Origin: a bacterium
GTDB taxonomy: Bacteria > Zhuqueibacterota > Zhuqueibacteria > Residuimicrobiales > Krinioviventaceae
Assembly (NCBI GenBank): GCA_963693055.1
Contig: OY843751.1
Coordinates: forward strand, 1,888,001 to 1,952,000
Length of the DNA stretch: 64,000 nt
Direction: 5' to 3'
Both the position numbers and the translations under genes were made by a program. Below are positions 29,021-38,279 of the stretch, one piece after another (positions within the stretch are counted from its first letter, which is position 1; each line of letters starts with the position of its first letter). The notes under the pieces are model-generated. The model searched no databases. It was given only the letters and a program-made list of their open reading frames with translations, and was not told where the DNA came from.

Positions 29021-31231
29021 ATGAGAACCAACAAAAGGAAAAGATCAGGTAGTCTTTTAATTCTTTGTATTATTGTTTTTATAACAACTGTTAATGTATT
29101 TGCCGCTGAGATCAAGGGTGTAATTACAGATGCAGATAAAAACACACCATTGTCTGGTGTAAATGTAACTGTTAAAGGAACTGATACAGGTGCATCAACA
29201 AATGCACATGGTGAATATACCATCAAAGGGATTCAACCCGGAACGTATTCACTTGTTATTTCCATGATGGGATATAAAGAACAGATTCAATCTGTTAACG
29301 TTTCTTTGTCAAAATCAGCAACAGCAAATGCAGAATTGTCTCCTATAGTGATCCCCATGCAGGCTGTACAGATTATGGGCAGAAGTACACGTAATATAAT
29401 TGAAAATCCGGAAATGGTTTCCCCCGGTTTGGGAATTTCAACTACTATAATTGATCGCAAAGAAATCGAAAAACAAGCACCCGTTACTTTGATAGATGCT
29501 ATGCAATATATTCCGGGAGCAGTAGTTGAAACACGCGGACGTAAAGTAAAACAGTTTTTCTCTGTTCGCGGGCAGCGATATCCATATCCCGATTATGCTA
29601 TTGACGGCGTTTGGCAAAAAGAATTCCATGAAACACCCTATGTATTTCCGGCATCCATGATCGAATCCATCCAGATCATACGGTCAAGTGCTGCTTTGTT
29701 ATCCGGATTAGGCGGGTTATCGGGAGTCATTGATGTGAAAACCCGCGAGTTTGAAGATCCTGAAACCACAACTGAACTGGAATATGGTTCTTTTAATACG
29801 TTACGTGGGAATGTTTCTCATGGCGCAACCCGAGGCACGGTTTCATATGCGGGAGGGATTGGTTATTATCAGACTGACGGCCCAGATGATAGACATGCAG
29901 CCGAAACCCTTGCAAACGGGTTTGCCAAAGTTAAATGGCAGCCATCTGACAAATTTTATGTACAGTCTTCAATTATCCATCTCAATGGAAGCCGTGAACT
30001 TGCTACAGGTTTGCCACCGGCTGCTGATAAATTTCAAGTGAACCTTGAAGAATTTGATCCTGTAAAGACAAGTATTGTTTCACTGCGATCTCAATATATT
30101 GAAAGTGAGAATGCTTCTACAGAAATCAAACTGTCTTATGCGGACCGTAAACCGGTATATCATAGTGAGAACACTAAATCGGGTGCGGTTGCTGAACAGA
30201 ACGAATATGATCATGAGTTTAATGCCGGTCTGATTCAATCATTGTCTCTGATACCTAATAATGTATTAAGAGCGGGTTTGTTGTACAATCACTGGGTTGC
30301 TCCTGAAGGAAAGCGTTTCTATGCCGGTAAACCCTGTGATACTGAAACCATTGCCGCAGTCTTGACAGATGAGCACCAGTTTGGTCGTTTGCAGATTGAC
30401 GCGGGATTTAAGTGGCAGCGTTCATATTATAACGAGTATGGTGGCTTTGGTATAGATGGAAGTGCCAAAGGTTTTCAAAAAGTTGAACCTATTATGGATG
30501 AATGGCAAAAGCCATTGTTGATTGGTTCTTTGGGAATGTCTTATTACTTGAATCAGAGCATTACCCTGAACCTGAATGTTTCTGCCGGAAGCATTGAACC
30601 CAGAAGCGGCAGTCTGGATGTAAACATGGCAGAACCTCTGAATGAAAAACGTAACCAGATTGATGCGGGCGTTCATTACAATATTGAAAATGTGGGTGAT
30701 ATTGCGTTTACTGCCTTTACAGTTTATCAGCAGGATGCTATTGTACTGAGTGGTAAAACCTATACATTAAATGATAAAGTGATGGAACTGTACCTGAACC
30801 GTGATCAGGTACAAACCGGTATTGAAGTGGAAGCCAGGGCCAATACTCTGTGGGAAACCATTCAGCCTTTTTGTAATGTAACCTGGATGGTCAGTAAACA
30901 GGATGAGGATGGAGACATGGTGGAATCTAAAGAGTTTCCAACACTGGTTTCATCTGCGGGTATTTATGGGAAATGGTCACGTTTGGATGTAAATATGCTG
31001 ATCAAGTATATTTCATCTTTTGAAAATTCGCGTTTTTCTGCAATACCTGAACCGCAGCCATTGGGTGATTTTGTAAATATGGATATCATTGCCGGATGGG
31101 ATTTTGCTCCTCTGCTACCCGTGCATGTGTACGCAGAGATACGAAATGTTACTGACGAATTATATTCTACCGTTGTAGGATTTCCTGATTTTGGTCGTCG
31201 ATTTAACTTGAGAGTAGTACATCGTTTTTAA
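29021..31231 (+). CDS. TonB-dependent receptor with N-terminal carboxypeptidase-regulatory-like domain
   Basis: IKGVITDADKNTPLSGVNV, plug (DAMQYIPG...SVRG...IDGV...IESIQIIR...GVIDVKT), barrel ending RNVTDELY...GRRFNLRVVHRF. Confidence 0.92.
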   Translation: MRTNKRKRSGSLLILCIIVFITTVNVFAAEIKGVITDADKNTPLSGVNVTVKGTDTGASTNAHGEYTIKGIQPGTYSLVISMMGYKEQIQSVNVSLSKSATANAELSPIVIPMQAVQIMGRSTRNIIENPEMVSPGLGISTTIIDRKEIEKQAPVTLIDAMQYIPGAVVETRGRKVKQFFSVRGQRYPYPDYAIDGVWQKEFHETPYVFPASMIESIQIIRSSAALLSGLGGLSGVIDVKTREFEDPETTTELEYGSFNTLRGNVSHGATRGTVSYAGGIGYYQTDGPDDRHAAETLANGFAKVKWQPSDKFYVQSSIIHLNGSRELATGLPPAADKFQVNLEEFDPVKTSIVSLRSQYIESENASTEIKLSYADRKPVYHSENTKSGAVAEQNEYDHEFNAGLIQSLSLIPNNVLRAGLLYNHWVAPEGKRFYAGKPCDTETIAAVLTDEHQFGRLQIDAGFKWQRSYYNEYGGFGIDGSAKGFQKVEPIMDEWQKPLLIGSLGMSYYLNQSITLNLNVSAGSIEPRSGSLDVNMAEPLNEKRNQIDAGVHYNIENVGDIAFTAFTVYQQDAIVLSGKTYTLNDKVMELYLNRDQVQTGIEVEARANTLWETIQPFCNVTWMVSKQDEDGDMVESKEFPTLVSSAGIYGKWSRLDVNMLIKYISSFENSRFSAIPEPQPLGDFVNMDIIAGWDFAPLLPVHVYAEIRNVTDELYSTVVGFPDFGRRFNLRVVHRF

Positions 31232-31248
31232 TTTATGAAAAAAGTAGT

Positions 31249-32451
31249 ATGAAAAAGAAAATTATGATTCTATTTGCCGGGACCCTGTTTTTTATGGTCC
31301 TGGCAAAATCGTTTGTATTTGCATGTAATGTTCCTGTCTTTCGATACGCTTTAGAACGCTGGAGTGCTGATCCATATCGGCTAATCGTGTTTTATGAAAA
31401 CCATTTTTCTGAAGATGAAAAGACGTTGATTAAAGAACTGGAACACTCTGCAGCGGATTCTTCTTTAAATATCTCGATTACACTTGTTAATACCCATGAT
31501 GTTCCCGAGAATGCAAGACCCGTGAATGCCACACAATATCCCTGGATGGAATTGCATTATCCTGAATCAGCAAATATTCGGGGGCATGTTTGGGCCAATG
31601 CTTTTACTCGTGAAAATGCAGCATTAATTTCAGATTCAGAGATGTTGGCTGAATTGTCAGCCCGGTTGATCAATGGTGATGCCGCAGTCTGGATTTTTCT
31701 GGAATGCAGTGATGAAGAGAAAAATGCTGATGCTAGATCCTTGTTGGAAAAGACATTAAAAAACATGACAAAAGAACTCAAAGTTCCAACAGTTGGGTTT
31801 GACATTAATGGAAATGAGATCAAGGTTAATGATTTTAAAGATTATGATGTTACCTTTTCAATGCTCTCATTGTCCAGAAAAAATACAAATGAATCGGTTC
31901 TGGTGCAAATTTTACTGGGTTCTGAAGAAGATTTGACGTATTTTGATGAGCCTATGGCGTTTCCGGTTTTTGGAAGAGGCCGGGCTTTATATGGATTGAT
32001 TGGTAAAGGCTTGAGTGAAAAAAATATCGAATATGCCTGTCAATCTATTGTCGGTTGGTGTTCCTGCGAGATCAAAGACGATAACCCCGGTATTGATTTG
32101 TTAATCAATCGGGACTGGGCGAATCCTGTTGGAGGCACTCTGGTAAAAAATGAACCTTTACCTCCGTTAACCGGTATTTCTGCGTTTGTGGAAAGTGCAG
32201 ATACAACAAGCAAGGCTGCAACTCTGGAACATGAAAGCACAATTGAATCTGAATTGCAGGTTCAAGATACTCCACGAGTAGATACAATCCAATCACAATC
32301 CAGGAATGATTCATTGGATATAATAGTCTCGCCTGTTACTGTGGTTGAGAAAAAAAACAGCAACCTTTTACTGAGAAATATTTTACTTTTTTTTGGATTG
32401 GGTTTGACTGTGTTACTGGTAGTAACCTGGTTAGTACAGCGCAAGAAATAA
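31249..32451 (+). CDS. Conserved hypothetical periplasmic, C-terminally anchored protein (ACNVPVFRYALERW family)
   Basis: Signal peptide, ACNVPVFRYALERW, FPVFGRGRAL, WCSCEIKDDNPGIDLL, low-complexity linker, C-terminal TM helix plus QRKK. Confidence 0.75.
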   Translation: MKKKIMILFAGTLFFMVLAKSFVFACNVPVFRYALERWSADPYRLIVFYENHFSEDEKTLIKELEHSAADSSLNISITLVNTHDVPENARPVNATQYPWMELHYPESANIRGHVWANAFTRENAALISDSEMLAELSARLINGDAAVWIFLECSDEEKNADARSLLEKTLKNMTKELKVPTVGFDINGNEIKVNDFKDYDVTFSMLSLSRKNTNESVLVQILLGSEEDLTYFDEPMAFPVFGRGRALYGLIGKGLSEKNIEYACQSIVGWCSCEIKDDNPGIDLLINRDWANPVGGTLVKNEPLPPLTGISAFVESADTTSKAATLEHESTIESELQVQDTPRVDTIQSQSRNDSLDIIVSPVTVVEKKNSNLLLRNILLFFGLGLTVLLVVTWLVQRKK

Positions 32452-32470
32452 TAGAATTTTGGGAAAAGAA

Positions 32471-33736
32471 ATGAATATTTGGAACTTGGTTGTCAAAGAG
32501 ATCCGGCAGAGAAAATTAAATTTTATTCTGGGTTTAATTTCGGTAATAATTGCAGTAACAGCTCTTGCCGGCTCTGTTTTTATGTTACGGATACATGATT
32601 TACAAACCGAAGAGATTATTGCAAATAAACAAAAAGAGACCGAAGAAAGAATGGCTCTTTTAAAAGATGATTACCGCAAAATTATGAAGTTGTTGGGATT
32701 CAATCTGCTCATTCTGCCTGAAAATCAAAATCTGGCAGACCTGTATGCAAATGATTATGCGACACAATATATGAGTGAAGATTATGTAACCAAACTCTCC
32801 AACTCTAAAATGATGTCTATTCGACATTTACTCCCCAGTATAGAACAAAAGATCAAGTGGCCGGAAGAAAAAAGAACGATAATTCTAATAGGTACACGGG
32901 GTGAAGTCCCTTTTGCGCATCGCGATCCCAAAGAGCCCATGCTGATTGCAGTTCCCAAAGACAGTTTGGTAATGGGGTACGAGCTGTGGAACAGTCTTGG
33001 TTTAAAGGTGGGTGATACGGTTAAATTATTTGACAGAAATTTTTCTATCCAAAAGTGCAATGAAGAGCGTGGAAGTAAAGATGATATCTCAATCTGGGTA
33101 GATCTTGCTCAAGCTCAGGACATCCTCAACCGACCCAATCAGATCAATGCAATTCTTGCATTAAAATGCCATTGCTTTGGCAGCGATATATCTCAAGTTC
33201 GGGATGATATTAAGGCGATTTTGCCCGGAACCAAAGTCATTGAAAAAGATACCAAGGTTGTAACCCGTGCAGAAGCCCGTGACAGGGCAGCCTTGGAAGC
33301 CCAGCAGGCAATTGAGGCTGAAATAGCGAACCGGCAGGCTATGAAAGAGGAACGCGAAAAATTGCTTTCCATTCTGCTTCCTCTTATTTTACTTGCATGT
33401 GCGGTTTGGATTGTGCTTTTATTTATCATTAATGTACGGGAGCGTAAAAGCGAGATTGGTATTCTTCGGGCTATTGGTGTACATTCATCTGCTATATTGA
33501 AACTTTTTCTCACCAAAGCATTAATTATGGGAGTTGCAGGTGGCTTGTTGGGATACATGCTTGCCTTTATTACCGGTAAATTGTTTTATAATGTCTTGAC
33601 GCTTATGAGCGTTTCAGGACCAGAATTGTTTATTACAGCCATTATCATGTCTACTTTGCTGGCGGTTATTGCAAGCTGGGTACCCGCATTGCTGGCTTCC
33701 AAACAAGATCCCGCAGAAATATTGAGAGAGGAGTAG
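32471..33736 (+). CDS. MacB/FtsX-type ABC transporter permease
   Basis: N-terminal TM, large periplasmic domain, NVRERKSEIGILRAIG, three C-terminal TMs, PALLASKQDPAEILREE. Confidence 0.92.
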   Translation: MNIWNLVVKEIRQRKLNFILGLISVIIAVTALAGSVFMLRIHDLQTEEIIANKQKETEERMALLKDDYRKIMKLLGFNLLILPENQNLADLYANDYATQYMSEDYVTKLSNSKMMSIRHLLPSIEQKIKWPEEKRTIILIGTRGEVPFAHRDPKEPMLIAVPKDSLVMGYELWNSLGLKVGDTVKLFDRNFSIQKCNEERGSKDDISIWVDLAQAQDILNRPNQINAILALKCHCFGSDISQVRDDIKAILPGTKVIEKDTKVVTRAEARDRAALEAQQAIEAEIANRQAMKEEREKLLSILLPLILLACAVWIVLLFIINVRERKSEIGILRAIGVHSSAILKLFLTKALIMGVAGGLLGYMLAFITGKLFYNVLTLMSVSGPELFITAIIMSTLLAVIASWVPALLASKQDPAEILREE

Positions 33737-33739
33737 ATA

Positions 33740-34375
33740 TTGCTGAAACTTGAACATGTAAATAAAGCTTATAATAAAGATCACCATAAAGTAGATGTGT
33801 TGACAGATTTTTCATTAGAAATTGAAAAGGGAGAATTTGTTGCCATTAAAGGTCCCAGCGGTTGTGGTAAAACCACATTGTTATTGATTGCAGGCGGATT
33901 GTTGGAACCCGATTCCGGTGAGGTTATTATTAATAATGAAAATATGTATCAAAAAAGCCCTGAAGAACGTTCCATGTTTCGGGCCGGAAATATTGGATTT
34001 GTTTTTCAGCAATATCATCTCATTCCATATTTAACGGTTTTGGAAAACATCATGGCACCCGGCCTTGCCAAAGGTGTTCATGTTGAAACTGACAAAGCAT
34101 ATGAACTTTTGGAGCGATTTGGAATTGCTCATCGCGCAAAACATGTTCCCGGTGAAATGAGTGTTGGCGAAAAACAACGTGTTGCTTTGGCCAGAGCTTT
34201 GGTTAATGAACCTGCTATTTTGTTAGCAGATGAAATTACCGGTAATCTTGATGAAAAAAATATCGATATTGTAACCGGTTATCTCCATGATTATCATCAA
34301 AAGGGAGGTACAATCGTTCTTGTAACTCATGATCACAATACCGCAGAAAAAGCTGAAAAAATAATTACATTATAA
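33740..34375 (+). CDS. ABC transporter ATP-binding protein (LolD/MacB-like)
   Basis: GPSGCGKT, IGFVFQQYHL, MSVGEKQRVALARAL, LADEITGNLD, LVTHD; TTG start with GAGGAG RBS. Confidence 0.95.
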   Translation: MLKLEHVNKAYNKDHHKVDVLTDFSLEIEKGEFVAIKGPSGCGKTTLLLIAGGLLEPDSGEVIINNENMYQKSPEERSMFRAGNIGFVFQQYHLIPYLTVLENIMAPGLAKGVHVETDKAYELLERFGIAHRAKHVPGEMSVGEKQRVALARALVNEPAILLADEITGNLDEKNIDIVTGYLHDYHQKGGTIVLVTHDHNTAEKAEKIITL

Positions 34376-34392
34376 ATATATCAAGGGTAGAT

Positions 34393-37300
34393 ATGAAAAA
34401 AGCAGTATTCACGATTTTCACAATTTTTATTCTGACATCTGTTGTTACAAATGTTTTTGCTGTAGACTGGCCCATGTGGCGTTTTGATGAGGGTAGAAGT
34501 GCATGCTCAACAGAGCAATTGCCAGATCAGTTGAATGCAATTTGGTCCTGGAAGTTCAGCCCTCGTGAACCGGTTTGGGATGATCCCCTGAACCGCGATA
34601 TGATGCAATATGATAAACAGTTTGAGCCTATTGTGTTGGGAAATACATTATTTGTAGGCTTTAATGATAAAGACAAGGTTGTTGCCATTGATACGGAAAG
34701 CGGTCAGGTCAAATGGAATTTTTATGCAGACGGACCTGTACGGCTTCCCCTGGCAGGAAGAAATGGCAAACTCTATTTTACCAGCGATGATGGCTTTTTG
34801 TATTGTCTTTCTGCGAAAAGTGGAGAGGTTTTGTGGAAGTTCCAGGGAGGTCCGCTTGATCGTAAAATACTGGGTAATAAACGTCTGATTTCATCCTGGC
34901 CTGCGCGAGGTGGTGTTGTATTAAAAGACGACAAGGTTTATTTTGCCGCCAGTATCTGGCCGTTAATGGGAACATTTATCTATGCGCTCGATGCCGAAAC
35001 CGGTGATGTGGTTTGGCGAAATGAAGGCATGGGCTCCCGATATATGCTACAGCCCCACAATTCACCTGCTTTTGCAAGTATTGCTCCCCAAGGGACCTTT
35101 GTTGTAAGTGGTGATTATCTTTTAATTCCGGGTGGCAGGTCAGTACCCGCATGCTTTGATCGTCATACAGGAGAAATGATCTATTACCATCTTGCGGATT
35201 TTAACAAGAATGGTGGTGCGTTTGTTTGTGCTAATGATACCTATTTCTTTAATCACGCACGTGACAGAGAAACCAATCTGTTTGATCTGAAAACAGGAGA
35301 TCGGTTGTTACGCAATTTGGGCAAGTATCCTGTTCTGGCGGACAAGGCGTTTTACATGTCTGGCGATTCAATCATTGTTCGCAATGCTTTGGATCCCGAA
35401 AAAATATTATCAATTATCCGGGTTGAAGCAAATGGTGACCTGATCAAAGCTGGTAATTGTCTCTATGCGGGAGGTAAGAACCATATTACCTGCATTGATG
35501 TCAGTGACAGTGAGAATCAAGGACAAATCAAGTGGTCTCAACAAATTGATGGTTCTGTAGCAAGGTTAATCGCTGCTAATGAAAAACTATTTGTCGTAAC
35601 ACAAAGGGGTGAAATAATTGCTTTTGGTAACAAAGCATCATCCTTTAATCAATATGCTGAAAATAAATCAGATGAATTTAAAGTTGATAAATCTATTTCT
35701 AAAATTTTTGAACAAACAGATACTCGCAAAGGATTTGCACTTTATTATGGAATTGATAAAGATAAACTCGCTACTTTTGCCCAAAAGTCCGAGTTTTCTA
35801 TAATTGCGTTTGAAGCGGATCCCCATAAAGTTGATGGATTACGAAAAGAGTTTGATAATAATGGATTGTTGAGTGCCCAATTGAGCATTTTACCGGGCGA
35901 CCCGGAAACCGCATCCGTACCCCCATACATGGCTTCTTTGATAGTGGTGAATGATGTTGAACGTATCCGAAAAATGAATGATTTGAGCAGCCTGTCACAT
36001 CTGTTTGACGCTATTCGTCCTTATGGCGGCAAAATGTGGATGCCAGATAAAAAAGGTTTGTTTGAAAAATTGACAAATTTTGCTGCTGGTTATTCTGAAA
36101 GTGATTTGAATGTTGAAAAAGTTAAAGACGGTATTATTGTTTGTAAAACCGGTCCACTAAAAGGTTCTTCAAACTGGACGCATCAGTATGGAAATATCTC
36201 AAACACGGTCAAGTCTGATGATGAGCTTGTAAAATTGCCATTGGGAATTCTCTGGTTTGGCGGTAACTCTAATCTGGAAGTATTGCCCAGACACGGACAT
36301 GGACCGCCGGAACAGATTATGGATGGCCGTTTAATTATACAAGGAATGGATTGCATCAGTGCACGTGATGTTTATACCGGTCGGGTATTTTGGAAAACCG
36401 AACTGGATTGTACGAATGTTTATGATACTTATTATGATGAATCCTATACCGATACACCATTGGTTGCAACCTATAACCAGGAGCATTTACCTGGTGCTAA
36501 TTCACGCAATACCAATTTTGTTGTAACCAAAGAAAATGTATACATTCTGGAAAATGATACCTGTCGTGTGTTGGATATTAATACCGGTAAGGATATTAAA
36601 AAAATTATGCTGCCTGCTCAGGAAGATGAACAACCCGAGTGGGGATATATAGGTATTGTTCAAGATCTGCTCATTGCAGGTTCAGATTTTGTTCCCTTTT
36701 CAGCAATGACGCCGTTAACCAAAGAAGACGAAGCGGCCGTGGCTGAAATGTCTCGAAAAAATCGCCGCAAAGAAAAAATATGGGGTGATTTTGATGATAC
36801 TGCAAGTAAAGAATTGGTCATTCTTGATCGTCATTCTGCTCAAGTTAAATGGGAACAATCTTCGCGATATGGATTTATTCATAACGCAATAACTGCATCT
36901 GACAAACTTTTATACTGTCTGGACAAGCTTCCACCTGGTGTTGAAAAGAAAATGCAGAGACGCGGTATGGATACGCCAACAGATTATCGGTTAATTGCAT
37001 ATGATCTGGAGAGTGGAAAACCCGTGTGGACGATAACAGAAGGTGTTTTTGGGAGCTGGCTCAGTTATTCCAAACAATATAACCGTCTCATTCAGGCTAC
37101 ACGTCCCTCGCGAGATATGATACGCGGTGAAGATGGTGAGAGAATGTCGGTTTACAATGCCACTACTGGCGAACTCGTCTGGGACAGACCCATAGAATAT
37201 CATAATCCTCCAATATTGCATGGTGATCGAATTATCACAGATAATGCAGCTTATAGTCTGGAAACTGGTGATGCAATATTTCGGACAGATCCCATTACTG

Positions 37301-38133
37301 ATCAGAAAATACAATGGACCTATTCACGGGCTTATGGTTGTAATTATAATATTGCCAGTGAATATCTGCTTTCCTTTCGTTCAGCCGCAGCAGGATTTTA
37401 TGATCTCTATCGGGAAAGTGGTACCGGTAACTTTGGTGGATTCAAGTCCGGCTGTACATCCAATCTGATTGCTGCGGGTGGGCTATTAAACGCTCCCGAC
37501 TATACCCGTACCTGTCAATGCTCGTATCAGAATCAAACATCACTGGCGTTTATTCACATGCCTGAATTGGAATACTGGACTACCAATGATTTTGAGTGGA
37601 ACGGTAGTGCAATTCAACATGTGGGAATCAATCTCAATGCACCTGGTGATCGTATTGATGATAGTGGTACATTGTGGATGGATTATCCCAGTGTGGGTGG
37701 TAAATCTCCGGATATACCCATCAAGATCGATTCTCTTGGAATTGGTGATATACGCAGACATTCACTTTTTTTAGACCAAAATGGTTTTGAATGGATTGGT
37801 GCTTCTGCATTGACCGGCCCTATTAATCTTGATATTACCATAGATAGTTCTACTGATATTGAACATATTTACAATATTAATCTGGTTTTTGCTGAAATAG
37901 AAGAAATGGACCCGGGTGAACGTATATTCGATGTTTATATTCAGGGTGTAAAGGTACTTGCTGATTTTGATGTGGTTAAAGAGGCCGGGGGAAAAGACCT
38001 CCCCATCACCCGATCATTTGAAGATATTAAAGTTACTCAAGATGTTGAAATCCGTTGTGTATCGGTGAATGGCTCTCAGGCAGCCCCATTGTTGTGTGGT
38101 GTTGAGTTGATCAATACTTCATTCAGACAATAA
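34393..38133 (+). CDS. Large secreted PQQ/BamB-like beta-propeller protein with internal methyltransferase-like domain and C-terminal malectin-like domain
   Basis: DWPMWRFDEGRS, repeated A.D..TG...W docking motifs, NWTHQYGN second propeller start, RAYGCN/SGCTS/CQCSYQ, and INLVFAEIE...GERIFDVYIQG...DFDVVKEAGG (malectin-like). Confidence 0.85.
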   Translation: MKKAVFTIFTIFILTSVVTNVFAVDWPMWRFDEGRSACSTEQLPDQLNAIWSWKFSPREPVWDDPLNRDMMQYDKQFEPIVLGNTLFVGFNDKDKVVAIDTESGQVKWNFYADGPVRLPLAGRNGKLYFTSDDGFLYCLSAKSGEVLWKFQGGPLDRKILGNKRLISSWPARGGVVLKDDKVYFAASIWPLMGTFIYALDAETGDVVWRNEGMGSRYMLQPHNSPAFASIAPQGTFVVSGDYLLIPGGRSVPACFDRHTGEMIYYHLADFNKNGGAFVCANDTYFFNHARDRETNLFDLKTGDRLLRNLGKYPVLADKAFYMSGDSIIVRNALDPEKILSIIRVEANGDLIKAGNCLYAGGKNHITCIDVSDSENQGQIKWSQQIDGSVARLIAANEKLFVVTQRGEIIAFGNKASSFNQYAENKSDEFKVDKSISKIFEQTDTRKGFALYYGIDKDKLATFAQKSEFSIIAFEADPHKVDGLRKEFDNNGLLSAQLSILPGDPETASVPPYMASLIVVNDVERIRKMNDLSSLSHLFDAIRPYGGKMWMPDKKGLFEKLTNFAAGYSESDLNVEKVKDGIIVCKTGPLKGSSNWTHQYGNISNTVKSDDELVKLPLGILWFGGNSNLEVLPRHGHGPPEQIMDGRLIIQGMDCISARDVYTGRVFWKTELDCTNVYDTYYDESYTDTPLVATYNQEHLPGANSRNTNFVVTKENVYILENDTCRVLDINTGKDIKKIMLPAQEDEQPEWGYIGIVQDLLIAGSDFVPFSAMTPLTKEDEAAVAEMSRKNRRKEKIWGDFDDTASKELVILDRHSAQVKWEQSSRYGFIHNAITASDKLLYCLDKLPPGVEKKMQRRGMDTPTDYRLIAYDLESGKPVWTITEGVFGSWLSYSKQYNRLIQATRPSRDMIRGEDGERMSVYNATTGELVWDRPIEYHNPPILHGDRIITDNAAYSLETGDAIFRTDPITDQKIQWTYSRAYGCNYNIASEYLLSFRSAAAGFYDLYRESGTGNFGGFKSGCTSNLIAAGGLLNAPDYTRTCQCSYQNQTSLAFIHMPELEYWTTNDFEWNGSAIQHVGINLNAPGDRIDDSGTLWMDYPSVGGKSPDIPIKIDSLGIGDIRRHSLFLDQNGFEWIGASALTGPINLDITIDSSTDIEHIYNINLVFAEIEEMDPGERIFDVYIQGVKVLADFDVVKEAGGKDLPITRSFEDIKVTQDVEIRCVSVNGSQAAPLLCGVELINTSFRQ

Positions 38134-38192
38134 AGAGTAATGTGTATATAACTGAAATTGATTTAATCTTTCCCGTTTTTTTTAGTTGGTAA

Positions 38193-38230
38193 AAAACAGA
38201 CTGTCTTTATATTTCAAGACAGTCTGTTTT
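38193..38230 (+). terminator. Perfect 15-bp-stem hairpin, probable terminator
   Basis: AAAACAGACTGTCTT-8 nt-AAGACAGTCTGTTTT. Confidence 0.8.
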
Positions 38231-38279
38231 ATATAGCATACATATTATTTTTTTAAATAATAAAACGAAAAGGAGCAAA

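Noticed and set aside
28982-29023. MBL hydrolase and TonB receptor in the same frame separated only by TGA (possible readthrough or selenocysteine)
   Set aside because: The receptor has its own RBS and signal peptide, no SECIS-like hairpin is evident, and same-frame adjacency is common by chance.
33731-33742. Permease TAG in frame with the ATPase (possible pyrrolysine readthrough fusion, given the nearby corrinoid genes)
   Set aside because: The permease ends at the typical family C-terminus, GAGGAG is well placed for the TTG start, and no pyl genes or in-frame TAG occur in the methyltransferases.
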